In this document: piece by piece, positions 19,620 to 27,269 of the stretch | How positions within the stretch are numbered: the first letter of the stretch is position 1 | Layout: each line of letters begins with the position of its first letter | NCBI GenBank assembly: GCA_002429115.1 | Contig: DIYS01000015.1 | Location: forward strand, 1-32,000 | Reading direction: 5' to 3' | Length of the DNA: 32,000 bases | Origin: Saccharicrinis sp. UBA6048 | GTDB taxonomy: Bacteria > Bacteroidota > Bacteroidia > Bacteroidales > Marinilabiliaceae | Program-made: the position numbers and the translations under genes | The notes under the pieces: generated by a model | What the model was told of the DNA's origin: nothing | The model's input: the letters and a program-made list of their open reading frames with translations, nothing else | The model's database searches: none

Positions 19620-20969
19620 TTAACTCAACTCTTTAATCATTAAATCAATACCCTTACGCAATGTTGCCTGAAGCGGCTGCTTCGAAGTACATACAAACTC
19701 ACAAAGAGCAATGTCTTCTTCGGCCAACTCGTAAATACCCAGTTGCTCCATCTTGTCGATATCTTCAACCAAAATAGCCCTGAATAAAAACTCAGGAAGG
19801 ATATCCATTGGTAACACTTTATCGTATTGTCCGGATACTACAAATGAACGAAGACCACCATGCATGTTAGCATCTAAACGGTATTCTTTCTTTTTGCACA
19901 ACCAACTGAAGAAGGTACGCGACATACTGAACTTATTGAATCCTGGCAATGCCCATCCCATAAACTCATAATAATCACCCTCTGGAATAACGGTTACTTG
20001 TGAGTGATAAGCTCCAAGATAACCATCTTCTTCAATGTGGGTTCCGGTTAGCACATTACCACTGATGTAACGTACTTTATCATCGGTTTTAATATTTTCT
20101 TTAACAATGGCAGAGATGCTGGCGCCTAATTTTGTGCGGTAATAGCCCTTCTTCTCAACTTCGCTACCTGCTAATACTACAATACGGTCAGCATCATAGA
20201 TTCCTTCGGTAAATAATTTACCAATAGCAACGATTTCCTGCGGCTGAGCAACCCACACAACTTCACCTTTATTAACAGGCATGATGTGATGAATCTGAAT
20301 ACCAACATTACCGGCCGGGTGTGGGCCTTCGAATGCGTGTACTGTGACTCCATTTAAGTTGTTAAACACCTTTGATGCGGCATCATTTTGTACGCCTACA
20401 TGAACGTTGTCGCACAAACGCTTGATGACATCAATACCAGCTTGCAATGCTTCTTCCTGACTCGAAAGGATAAAATCCATATCCGGTGCCAAGGGTGCAC
20501 TGTCGAAGCCCGAAATGAAGAATGCCTTTGGTGTTTCGCTGGCATTGGCAATCACATCATACGGACGTTTGCGGATAAACGGCCAAAGACCTGCTGCCTG
20601 CAACTTCTCAACAACTTGCTCTTTAGAAAGGTCGGCAGGCTTAGCAGTTTCAAACTGCTCTTTCTCATCTGCACCATCAGACTTTACTACCACCTCAAGG
20701 ATTTTACGGCGTTCGCCACGATTTACCGCAGCCAACTCTCCACTAACAGGAGACACAAATTTTATTTCCGGACGATTCTTGTCGAAAAATAAAACTGTAC
20801 CCGCTTTCACCTTGTCCCCAACTTTTACAGCCATTTTAGGAACCACACCATGAAAATCAGTTGGTTTCACTGCAAAAAGCTCGGGTAATTCAGCCTGACC
20901 GAATACCTTATCGGCTTTACCGACAAGTTGTATATCAAGACCTTTTTTTATTTTTATTACCTCTGACAT
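19620..20969 (-). CDS. nqrA: Na+-translocating NADH:quinone oxidoreductase subunit A
   Basis: 449 aa with a typical NqrA N-terminus MSEVIKIKKGLDIQLVGKA...FAVKPTDFHG. First gene of the operon. Confidence 0.93.
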   Translation of the reverse strand: MSEVIKIKKGLDIQLVGKADKVFGQAELPELFAVKPTDFHGVVPKMAVKVGDKVKAGTVLFFDKNRPEIKFVSPVSGELAAVNRGERRKILEVVVKSDGADEKEQFETAKPADLSKEQVVEKLQAAGLWPFIRKRPYDVIANASETPKAFFISGFDSAPLAPDMDFILSSQEEALQAGIDVIKRLCDNVHVGVQNDAASKVFNNLNGVTVHAFEGPHPAGNVGIQIHHIMPVNKGEVVWVAQPQEIVAIGKLFTEGIYDADRIVVLAGSEVEKKGYYRTKLGASISAIVKENIKTDDKVRYISGNVLTGTHIEEDGYLGAYHSQVTVIPEGDYYEFMGWALPGFNKFSMSRTFFSWLCKKKEYRLDANMHGGLRSFVVSGQYDKVLPMDILPEFLFRAILVEDIDKMEQLGIYELAEEDIALCEFVCTSKQPLQATLRKGIDLMIKELS

Positions 20970-21000
20970 GTTTGAAAAACGGTTTTTTTATTTTTACGCG

Positions 21001-21008
21001 CAAAAATA
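21001..21008 (-). promoter_or_regulatory. Candidate Bacteroidota -7 promoter box (TATTTTTG, matching TAnnTTTG) for nqrA
   Basis: The reverse complement of CAAAAATA at 21001-21008 is TATTTTTG, about 32 nt upstream of the nqrA ATG. I found no clear -33 TTTG. This is motif-level evidence only. Confidence 0.25.
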
Positions 21009-21061
21009 CATAAATTTATCAGTAATCCATATAAATTGCTTCCGCAAAACTCGCGTCAATC

Positions 21062-22405
21062 ATGGACAAATATCACAAATACGGCTGCATCGCTTATCCA
21101 ATAAGGATTTTAAGCTCTTTAATACACAAATACGTTTTATCAATTGTTATTCTGTTGGGTTTAATTACCCTTTTCGCTTCTGATATTCGAGCTGATAATC
21201 CTGTAAAAACGGCTTCTCATATTAAAACAGTTCAGCTCTACAAAAAAGGGTGGAACATGTCCTACCCCATCATCAACTTAAATCCACAAGAGCAGCTAAC
21301 CCTGGAGTTTGATGATTTTGCCTACGAATCGAAAAACTATCAATACAGCATTATCCATTGCGATTCAAACTGGGAAGAATCGAACCTGATGCAAACAGAA
21401 TATGTGAAAGGCTTTATGCCAAATCCAGTGCTGGACTACCAGTACTCCTTCAACACAACTTTCGATTACATTCATTATACACTGGATTTCCCCAACCGAG
21501 ATATCTCACTAAAGTTATCGGGCAATTATATCATCAAAATATTTGAGCAAGGTAGCGAGGATCAGCCGATATTAACTCGTCCGTTTTACGTTTCAGAGTC
21601 ACTGGTTAGTATCTTTCCACGTATACGATACACCTCCAATTCGAACTTTCGTGAATCGATGCAGGAAGTCAACTTCACCATTGAACACCCGAATTTCAGA
21701 ATTGCCAATCCCAACGAAGAAATTAAAGTGATCCTTCAACAAAATGGACGATGGGACAATCAGATTGATGATTTGAAACCATTGTTCATCCGTCATCAGG
21801 AACTTGATTACTCTTATAACCGCGAAAACTTGTTTGATGGTGGTAACGAATATCGTTGGCTTGATGTTAGAAGCACACGATTTGCCCCCGAGCATGTTGA
21901 AAAGATCAGCTTCTTTGATCCGCATTACCATTTTACCTTATACGCCGATAAGTTTTTAAGTAAAAAACCATACTTCTATCGAGAGGATTTTAACGGTAAA
22001 TATTACATCGAGGTGAAAGAAAACCGTGATCCTATGATTGAAGCCGATTATGTGTATGTGCATTTTGCATTACCTGTTCCTGCTCCATATGCAGATGGAT
22101 ATATATATGTCACGGGTGGATTGAGTGACTGGCAGCTCCATCAAGCCAATAAAATGGAATATAACTATAACTCTCACATGTATGAATTAACCTTACTACT
22201 CAAGCAGGGCTTCTATAATTATCAATACCACTTTTTAGAAAACAACCATAGTAAAGCGGAAGTGGAGCGCTTTGAAGGTAACTACGGACAAACGGAAAAC
22301 GACTATATCATTTATGTGTACTACAAAGGCATTGGTGATAACTATGAGCGATTGATTGGAGTTAACATTTCTAATTCGCTAAAGTATAGTGTGAAAGGGA
22401 AGTAA
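21062..22405 (+). CDS. DUF5103-like protein, probable type IX secretion system plug protein
   Basis: Signal-anchor VLSIVILLGLITLFASDIRA. N-terminal block IKTVQLYKKGWNMSYPIINLNPQEQLTLEFDDFAYESKNYQYSIIHCDSNWEES and ...SGNYIIKIFEQGSEDQPILTRPFYVSE match my memory of the DUF5103 / SprA-plug family. Not verified by search. Confidence 0.6.
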   Translation: MDKYHKYGCIAYPIRILSSLIHKYVLSIVILLGLITLFASDIRADNPVKTASHIKTVQLYKKGWNMSYPIINLNPQEQLTLEFDDFAYESKNYQYSIIHCDSNWEESNLMQTEYVKGFMPNPVLDYQYSFNTTFDYIHYTLDFPNRDISLKLSGNYIIKIFEQGSEDQPILTRPFYVSESLVSIFPRIRYTSNSNFRESMQEVNFTIEHPNFRIANPNEEIKVILQQNGRWDNQIDDLKPLFIRHQELDYSYNRENLFDGGNEYRWLDVRSTRFAPEHVEKISFFDPHYHFTLYADKFLSKKPYFYREDFNGKYYIEVKENRDPMIEADYVYVHFALPVPAPYADGYIYVTGGLSDWQLHQANKMEYNYNSHMYELTLLLKQGFYNYQYHFLENNHSKAEVERFEGNYGQTENDYIIYVYYKGIGDNYERLIGVNISNSLKYSVKGK

Positions 22406-22407
22406 TC

Positions 22408-22432
22408 GGTTTTGGGTTTCGAATTTTGGGTC
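22408..22432 (+). repeat. GT-rich element GGTTTTGGGTTTCGAATTTTGGGTC, related to the repeats at 28592-28685
   Basis: The 12-mer GGTTTTGGGTTT is identical to 28659-28670, and the following (C)GAA(T/G)TTTG is similar. It begins 3 bp after the plug-gene stop. Confidence 0.6.
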
Positions 22433-22714
22433 TTATTTTAAGCTACAAAATCTTTAATGAAATCCCCCTCCCCATTCCTTCGTCGTGGTACTTTCCTTTA
22501 TTCCCAAGTGTAGAAGCATTTACAGCCAGGAAACAAAATGTTTGACATCGCTCTTACTTAACGACCTGTGACTATTGACCATTCAATAATCAACGTTAAA
22601 TAACTGACCGTTTTCGTCACCAAAATCAAACCATTCACCTACAATAACACGTCATTCGTCAAGCAAATTAAAATTAATACTAAAAAAAGTGTTACGCTTT
22701 GCACCTTACTGCAA

Positions 22715-22769
22715 TTAACTATATAAACACCAAACTTTATTTTAAGCAAAAGCCGGTGTATATAGTTAA
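22715..22769. promoter_or_regulatory. Inverted repeat TTAACTATATAAACACC ... GGTGTATATAGTTAA immediately upstream of the 428-aa ORF; the right arm is an iteron-like copy
   Basis: 15 paired positions with a 2-nt bulge and a 23-nt spacer. The right arm plus flank (22750-22771, AAGCCGGTGTATATAGTTAAAC) resembles array unit AAGCCGTGACTATTTAGTTAAAG. It ends 18 bp before the ATG at 22788. Confidence 0.6.
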
Positions 22770-22787
22770 ACTTTTAATCCTTACTTA

Positions 22788-24074
22788 ATGGCTAAATCCA
22801 AACCCCGCAAAAAGCGCCCTGTCACGACTCCATTCAACAAAATGGAGGCCATCAAACCATTTATTATCCGACTACATGAGCTGTGTAAGGCAATCAATTG
22901 TGATGTTATGCAATACATCGTCAGCAAAGAAGACATGCTTGCACTGGCCGGCTTACGATTCAGAATTGGTTCGATTGATAAGGTTACTAACGAATATAAA
23001 CACACCAGACCTTATAAGTCGATATTTAATAAGATTATTAAACAGGCGCTTAAAACCCATCTTTCGGTAATTAAAGACTTTCCTATTCAAACCTGCTTTT
23101 TAGATGTTACCTACTTTGATGCCCTTACTATATTTCTTGAAAATAATCTACTTGAAAATAAATCCTTGTCCGACAAATTTCTCGATCAAATCAAAGCGTA
23201 TTATGACAGTTCTAACAAAAAGTTTTACAGTATTCTGCAACACCAGCTAATACAAATCACATTGTTAGAAAACCTGCCTGATGAAGCTATGCTTTCGTTT
23301 GGCTATACGCCTGCCCCCATTCATACACACAAACTTTACAATGCCGAATTAAGCTTTCAACTGTACCTACAACGACCAATTAAAGAATACATCACTTTTA
23401 AAGGGCAAACAAGACTGGCCTACAAGGTTATCATTCCAATATTTACCAATAAACTGTATCATGAGACGGTCATCAACACAAAACTAACAGATGGTTTATA
23501 TCAAGGTGATAAAGAATCGTTACACATATTTATACAGGCACATGCCTTACAACGATTCAGAGAACGAACAGCACCTTTTAATGACATGTTCATCAAATTG
23601 CAGTTTTCGCTTTGCATGCTTAATGAAATAAAACCAATATGCAGAAGCGAGAGTTTGTATATACCATACAGGATCAACGATATTACCATTGGCTATTTCG
23701 TTGGCATTATTGCTGAAGAAAAAGTAATGATTAAGACTTTTATACTCGCCACACATGCTTCAGCCCCTGAAGGACATAAATTCCAAGAGCTGACCGGATT
23801 TAAAAAGCATGACATGAGCTATTGGGATATTACCAAACTCGACACGTTTATATACAATGATATGAAACCCGAAAACCCTTTGTATGCCTACTTTGAAGAG
23901 AGTGGTTTATTACCAATGTTTGATCTGGATGACAAACAGATTATGCCCGAAGATAAATGTGATAAACAAGCTAACTGGCAAAACATGCTTGAGTGCATTA
24001 ACAAGCAGCATACACATAAAAACCTGAGTCAGCAAGATTTCCAAAACACTATACTGGAGGAAGTGATGAGCTGA
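22788..24074 (+). CDS. Hypothetical protein (428 aa), no family recognised; basic N-terminal tail
   Basis: Long uninterrupted ORF. The N-terminus is MAKSKPRKKRPVTTP. An internal block IQAHALQRFRERT...IPYRINDITIGYFVGIIAEEKVMIKTFIL loosely recalls the HAxxRxxER-type small phage/TA-associated domain (DUF4258-like). No Walker, HTH or integrase motifs seen. Confidence 0.7.
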   Translation: MAKSKPRKKRPVTTPFNKMEAIKPFIIRLHELCKAINCDVMQYIVSKEDMLALAGLRFRIGSIDKVTNEYKHTRPYKSIFNKIIKQALKTHLSVIKDFPIQTCFLDVTYFDALTIFLENNLLENKSLSDKFLDQIKAYYDSSNKKFYSILQHQLIQITLLENLPDEAMLSFGYTPAPIHTHKLYNAELSFQLYLQRPIKEYITFKGQTRLAYKVIIPIFTNKLYHETVINTKLTDGLYQGDKESLHIFIQAHALQRFRERTAPFNDMFIKLQFSLCMLNEIKPICRSESLYIPYRINDITIGYFVGIIAEEKVMIKTFILATHASAPEGHKFQELTGFKKHDMSYWDITKLDTFIYNDMKPENPLYAYFEESGLLPMFDLDDKQIMPEDKCDKQANWQNMLECINKQHTHKNLSQQDFQNTILEEVMS

Positions 24075-24091
24075 AAACACCAACTTTTTAC

Positions 24092-24325
24092 TGAAACAAG
24101 CCGTGACTATTTAGTTAAAGCTTGTCGCAATTGTGAAACACGGCGTAACTAAATAGTTATTCTAAGAATCAGCAGTGAAATGTGCCGTAACTAAATAGTT
24201 AAACCACATTTCGAGACCAAAACATACCATAACTAAATAGTTAAAGCTCAAATGAAGAGTAAAACAAGCCGTGACTATTTAGTCACGATGAAAAAATAAA
24301 AAAGCGTCGTAACTAAATACTTAAG
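24092..24325 (+). repeat. Iteron/centromere-like array: five 42-bp direct repeats plus a sixth copy, each with a TAACT-N4-AGTTA-type palindrome
   Basis: Palindrome centres fall at 24110.5, 24152.5, 24194.5, 24236.5, 24278.5 (exactly 42 bp apart) and 24316.5 (38 bp). The conserved roughly 28-bp core is TGAAACAnGCCGTRACTAWWTAGTTAAA, with roughly 14-bp variable linkers. Confidence 0.9.
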
Positions 24326-24379
24326 GCAACTAATCTCAACGATCTTATAATTTTTAACCTCTTAAAATGAACCTTTATA

Positions 24380-25114
24380 ATGAAAATACCTAAAATTTTA
24401 TCCACTACACGAGTGAGTGAAGTGAATGGTGTTACACAACAAATGATTGATGAGTATGGCAAAGGCGATTATAGTGCCGATAGCCATCTTACCAAGGTAT
24501 TTGACCACATAACGGATAGCAACAATCAGTTGGGCATAGCCATAATGCGCGATTCTGTAGAATCGGAATTAGCTGAGTTGGATGAGATTACCGATAACGA
24601 AGTAACCCTCACACATGGTTTGACTAAAGGCTACACCTGCCATCCTGATGAAAACACGGCTAACCGTGCCGGCGAACTGTTTAAAATGGTCGATAAATAT
24701 GGACTGGAAGTAAAAAAGAAAAGCTACCGCGAGGAATATCCCTTGCTTGGCTCTATGATTACTGAAAGTAAAACTGAACCATATGTGGCTTGCATTGCTG
24801 CATTGCCGGGTTGCGATGAACGATTTAAACGACTGGAAGCTGCCGTTAATAACTTTAACGCCAAGCAAAATGTCTACCTGTCGGTAAAAGACGACCAGAA
24901 TGAATTGTCATCAGCCACAGCTATTAAAAAGCAACTCATTGCTTTTATTAACGGCGAACTGGTGGCTTACCTGGATGTGATGCAAAGAGTAAATACCGAG
25001 ATGTATGGCGGGTTAGCCCAGTTTACTGCCAACCGAATTGCCGAAAACAATTCGGCTGTGCGCAAACGCAGAAACAAAACTGAAGCAGAAACAGAAGTAA
25101 AAGTAGAAGAATAA
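24380..25114 (+). CDS. Hypothetical protein (244 aa); resembles a Bacteroidota-restricted helical family (DUF6261-like), function unknown
   Basis: Predicted all-helical and acidic. Blocks ...SADSHLTKVF...ESELAELDEITDNEV...GYTCHPDENTANRAGELFKMVDKYGLEV...ACIAALPGCDERFKRLEAAVNNF...NNSAVRKRRNK match my memory of that family. Not verified. A strong terminator follows. Confidence 0.65.
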   Translation: MKIPKILSTTRVSEVNGVTQQMIDEYGKGDYSADSHLTKVFDHITDSNNQLGIAIMRDSVESELAELDEITDNEVTLTHGLTKGYTCHPDENTANRAGELFKMVDKYGLEVKKKSYREEYPLLGSMITESKTEPYVACIAALPGCDERFKRLEAAVNNFNAKQNVYLSVKDDQNELSSATAIKKQLIAFINGELVAYLDVMQRVNTEMYGGLAQFTANRIAENNSAVRKRRNKTEAETEVKVEE

Positions 25115-25138
25115 CTTTAGATCGAGATTAGTTGCATG

Positions 25139-25168
25139 ATCCCTGCTGGTAACAGCGGGGATTTTTTT
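25139..25168 (+). terminator. Rho-independent terminator after the 244-aa ORF
   Basis: ATCCCTGCT-GGTAAC-AGCGGGGAT stem (one G-U pair) followed by TTTTTTT (25162-25168). Confidence 0.8.
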
Positions 25169-25518
25169 GATCAGTTAAGTGAGGTAACATACAGGTTCCA
25201 TTGGACTCCCTGCTCCGAACAAGCACGGCAGCTACTTCTTATATAGTTTTATCATCATGCAAAAAGGATTAGTACAATAGCAGTGCGTATCTCAAATTGG
25301 TAGATTTCATTCAAGCATGTTATGAATCGTAAGTTCTAAAATTTAAAAGGTGACAAATCTTAGTATTTTTTCATCCAAAACCCTGATAAATTTCATGTAC
25401 TTCGGCTTTTTTATTTCATAGATTTGTTACTGCTCTGATTCAGATTCAAGTTTTAGAGTTGAAATCCGTTCATTAGAGTCAACATTTGACTAAGTAACAC
25501 CAAAAAAAAATAAAATCT

Positions 25519-27147
25519 ATGCCAAAAGGGATTTTTCAAGTACCGCCGGCTGTCAATGAGCCGATTAAAAGCTACGCACCAGGAACACCTGAGCGTGCTG
25601 AGTTAAAAGAGATGTTGAATAAGCTTCGCTCTGAGGAATTAGACATTCCTATGTTTATCGGAGGCGAAGAAATCAGAACAGGAAACAAAAAACGTATCCA
25701 CCCACCACACGAAATTGCACATACTTTAGGTCATTACCACCAAGGTGATGAAACACACGTGCACCAAGCGATTGACGCTGCTTTAAAAGCTCGTGAAAAG
25801 TGGGTTAACCTTAGCTGGGAGCACCGCGCTTCTATTTTCTTAAAAGCAGCTGATTTATTGGCCGGTCCTTACCGTCAGTTAATCAATGCAGCTACTATGT
25901 TAGGACAGTCGAAAAATGCTTTCCAGGCTGAGATTGATTCAGCTTGTGAGTTGGCAGATTTCTTCCGTTTCAACGTACAGTACATGACTGAAATCTACGC
26001 AGGTCAGCCTGAGTCTTCTGCAGGTATCTGGGATCGCGTTGAGTACCGTCCATTGGAAGGATTCGTATTTGCATTAACGCCATTTAACTTTACTTCTATT
26101 GCTGGTAACTTACAAACTGCTCCTGCAATGATGGGTAACGTTACTGTTTGGAAACCATCGAAAACAGCTGTTTACTCAGCTTATTTCTTGATGAAATTAT
26201 TCAAAGAAGCTGGTGTACCAGATGGTGTTATCAACCTTGTTTATGCATCAGGTCCTGTTGCTGCTAAAGAAATTTTCTCTCACCCTGATTTTGCCGGTTT
26301 CCACTTTACTGGTTCTACTGGTGTATTCCAGAGTACTTGGAAAGCTATCGGTGATAACATTGAGAAATATAAGACTTACCCACGTATCGTAGGTGAAACA
26401 GGTGGTAAAGACTACATTTTAGCTCACAAATCATGTGATGCCAAAGGCGTAGCTACTGCTATTGTTCGTGGTGCTTTCGAATACCAGGGACAGAAGTGTT
26501 CTGCTGCATCTCGCGCTTATATGCCATCTAGCCGTTGGGAAGAGATCCTAGGCTACGTTAAAGAGCAAATGAAAGAAGTAAAAATGGGGCCTCCAGAGGA
26601 TTTCAGCAACTTTGTAAATGCTGTTATTGACGAGACTTCATTTGACTTATTAGCAGGTGCTATTGACGAAGCTAAAGCAAGCAACGAAGCTGAGATTGTT
26701 GTTGGTGGTGGTCACGATAAGTCAGTGGGTTACTTCATTGAGCCTACAATCATCGTTACAACGAATCCAATGTATCGCACAATGGAAGAAGAGTTGTTCG
26801 GTCCTGTATTGACTATTTATGTGTATGATGACAACAAGTTTGAGGAAACAATGGACATCCTTGATAAAACGTCTATCTATGCATTAACAGGATGTATCTT
26901 CGCACAAGATCGTTACGTCATTGAGCAGGCTACCAAGCGTTTGGTTGATACTGCAGGTAACTTCTACATCAACGATAAACCAACAGGTGCTGTTGTTGGT
27001 CAGCAGCCATTTGGTGGTTCTCGTGGTTCGGGTACAAATGATAAGGCTGGTTCGGCTATTAACTTGATGCGTTGGGTAAGCCCTCGTACCATTAAGGAAA
27101 ATTTCGTTCCTCCACACGACTTTAAATACCCGTTTCTTGCTGAATAG
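25519..27147 (+). CDS. pruA: L-glutamate gamma-semialdehyde (1-pyrroline-5-carboxylate) dehydrogenase
   Basis: 542-aa ALDH-superfamily protein. N-terminus MPKGIFQVPPAVNEPIKSYAPGTPER is typical of Bacteroidota PruA. Catalytic Glu region VGETGGKD and catalytic Cys region YQGQKCSAASR. Confidence 0.9.
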   Translation: MPKGIFQVPPAVNEPIKSYAPGTPERAELKEMLNKLRSEELDIPMFIGGEEIRTGNKKRIHPPHEIAHTLGHYHQGDETHVHQAIDAALKAREKWVNLSWEHRASIFLKAADLLAGPYRQLINAATMLGQSKNAFQAEIDSACELADFFRFNVQYMTEIYAGQPESSAGIWDRVEYRPLEGFVFALTPFNFTSIAGNLQTAPAMMGNVTVWKPSKTAVYSAYFLMKLFKEAGVPDGVINLVYASGPVAAKEIFSHPDFAGFHFTGSTGVFQSTWKAIGDNIEKYKTYPRIVGETGGKDYILAHKSCDAKGVATAIVRGAFEYQGQKCSAASRAYMPSSRWEEILGYVKEQMKEVKMGPPEDFSNFVNAVIDETSFDLLAGAIDEAKASNEAEIVVGGGHDKSVGYFIEPTIIVTTNPMYRTMEEELFGPVLTIYVYDDNKFEETMDILDKTSIYALTGCIFAQDRYVIEQATKRLVDTAGNFYINDKPTGAVVGQQPFGGSRGSGTNDKAGSAINLMRWVSPRTIKENFVPPHDFKYPFLAE

Positions 27148-27186
27148 TAAGATTATAAATAGGTAATTAAATTTGCTAAATAACTT

Positions 27187-27211
27187 AAAGGCTCCTCAAA
27201 AGGGAGCCTTT
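27187..27211. terminator. Bidirectional hairpin terminator between convergent pruA and the kinase-family gene
   Basis: AAAGGCTCC (27187-27195) pairs with GGAGCCTTT (27203-27211). T-rich sequence follows on the plus strand and A-rich sequence precedes it. Confidence 0.75.
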
Positions 27212-27269
27212 ATTATTTTGAAGAGAGAAAATAAATAAAATTTAAGGTGCCAGGAAACTCGGTTTATTA

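Noticed and set aside
22413-22430. GGGTTTCGAATTTTGGG looked superficially like a tRNA T-arm (GGTTCGAAT-like)
   Set aside because: No acceptor, D or anticodon arms can be built around it. It belongs to the GT-rich repeat family instead.
22781-23005. 74-aa minus-strand ORF at the 5' end of the 428-aa gene
   Set aside because: It is antisense to a much longer uninterrupted ORF and would start within that ORF with no upstream signals.
24092-24325. Possible CRISPR array, given regularly spaced direct repeats
   Set aside because: The linkers are only about 14 bp, far shorter than CRISPR spacers. The repeats are degenerate and fall into two subtypes. No cas genes or leader are present. The 42-bp helical phasing and the internal palindromes fit protein-binding sites better.
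22406-25518. Classical mobile element, prophage or chromosomal oriC interpretation of the island
   Set aside because: I could find no integrase, transposase or phage structural genes, no flanking tRNA or terminal direct repeats, and no DnaA-box (TTATCCACA-like) clusters or dnaA nearby.
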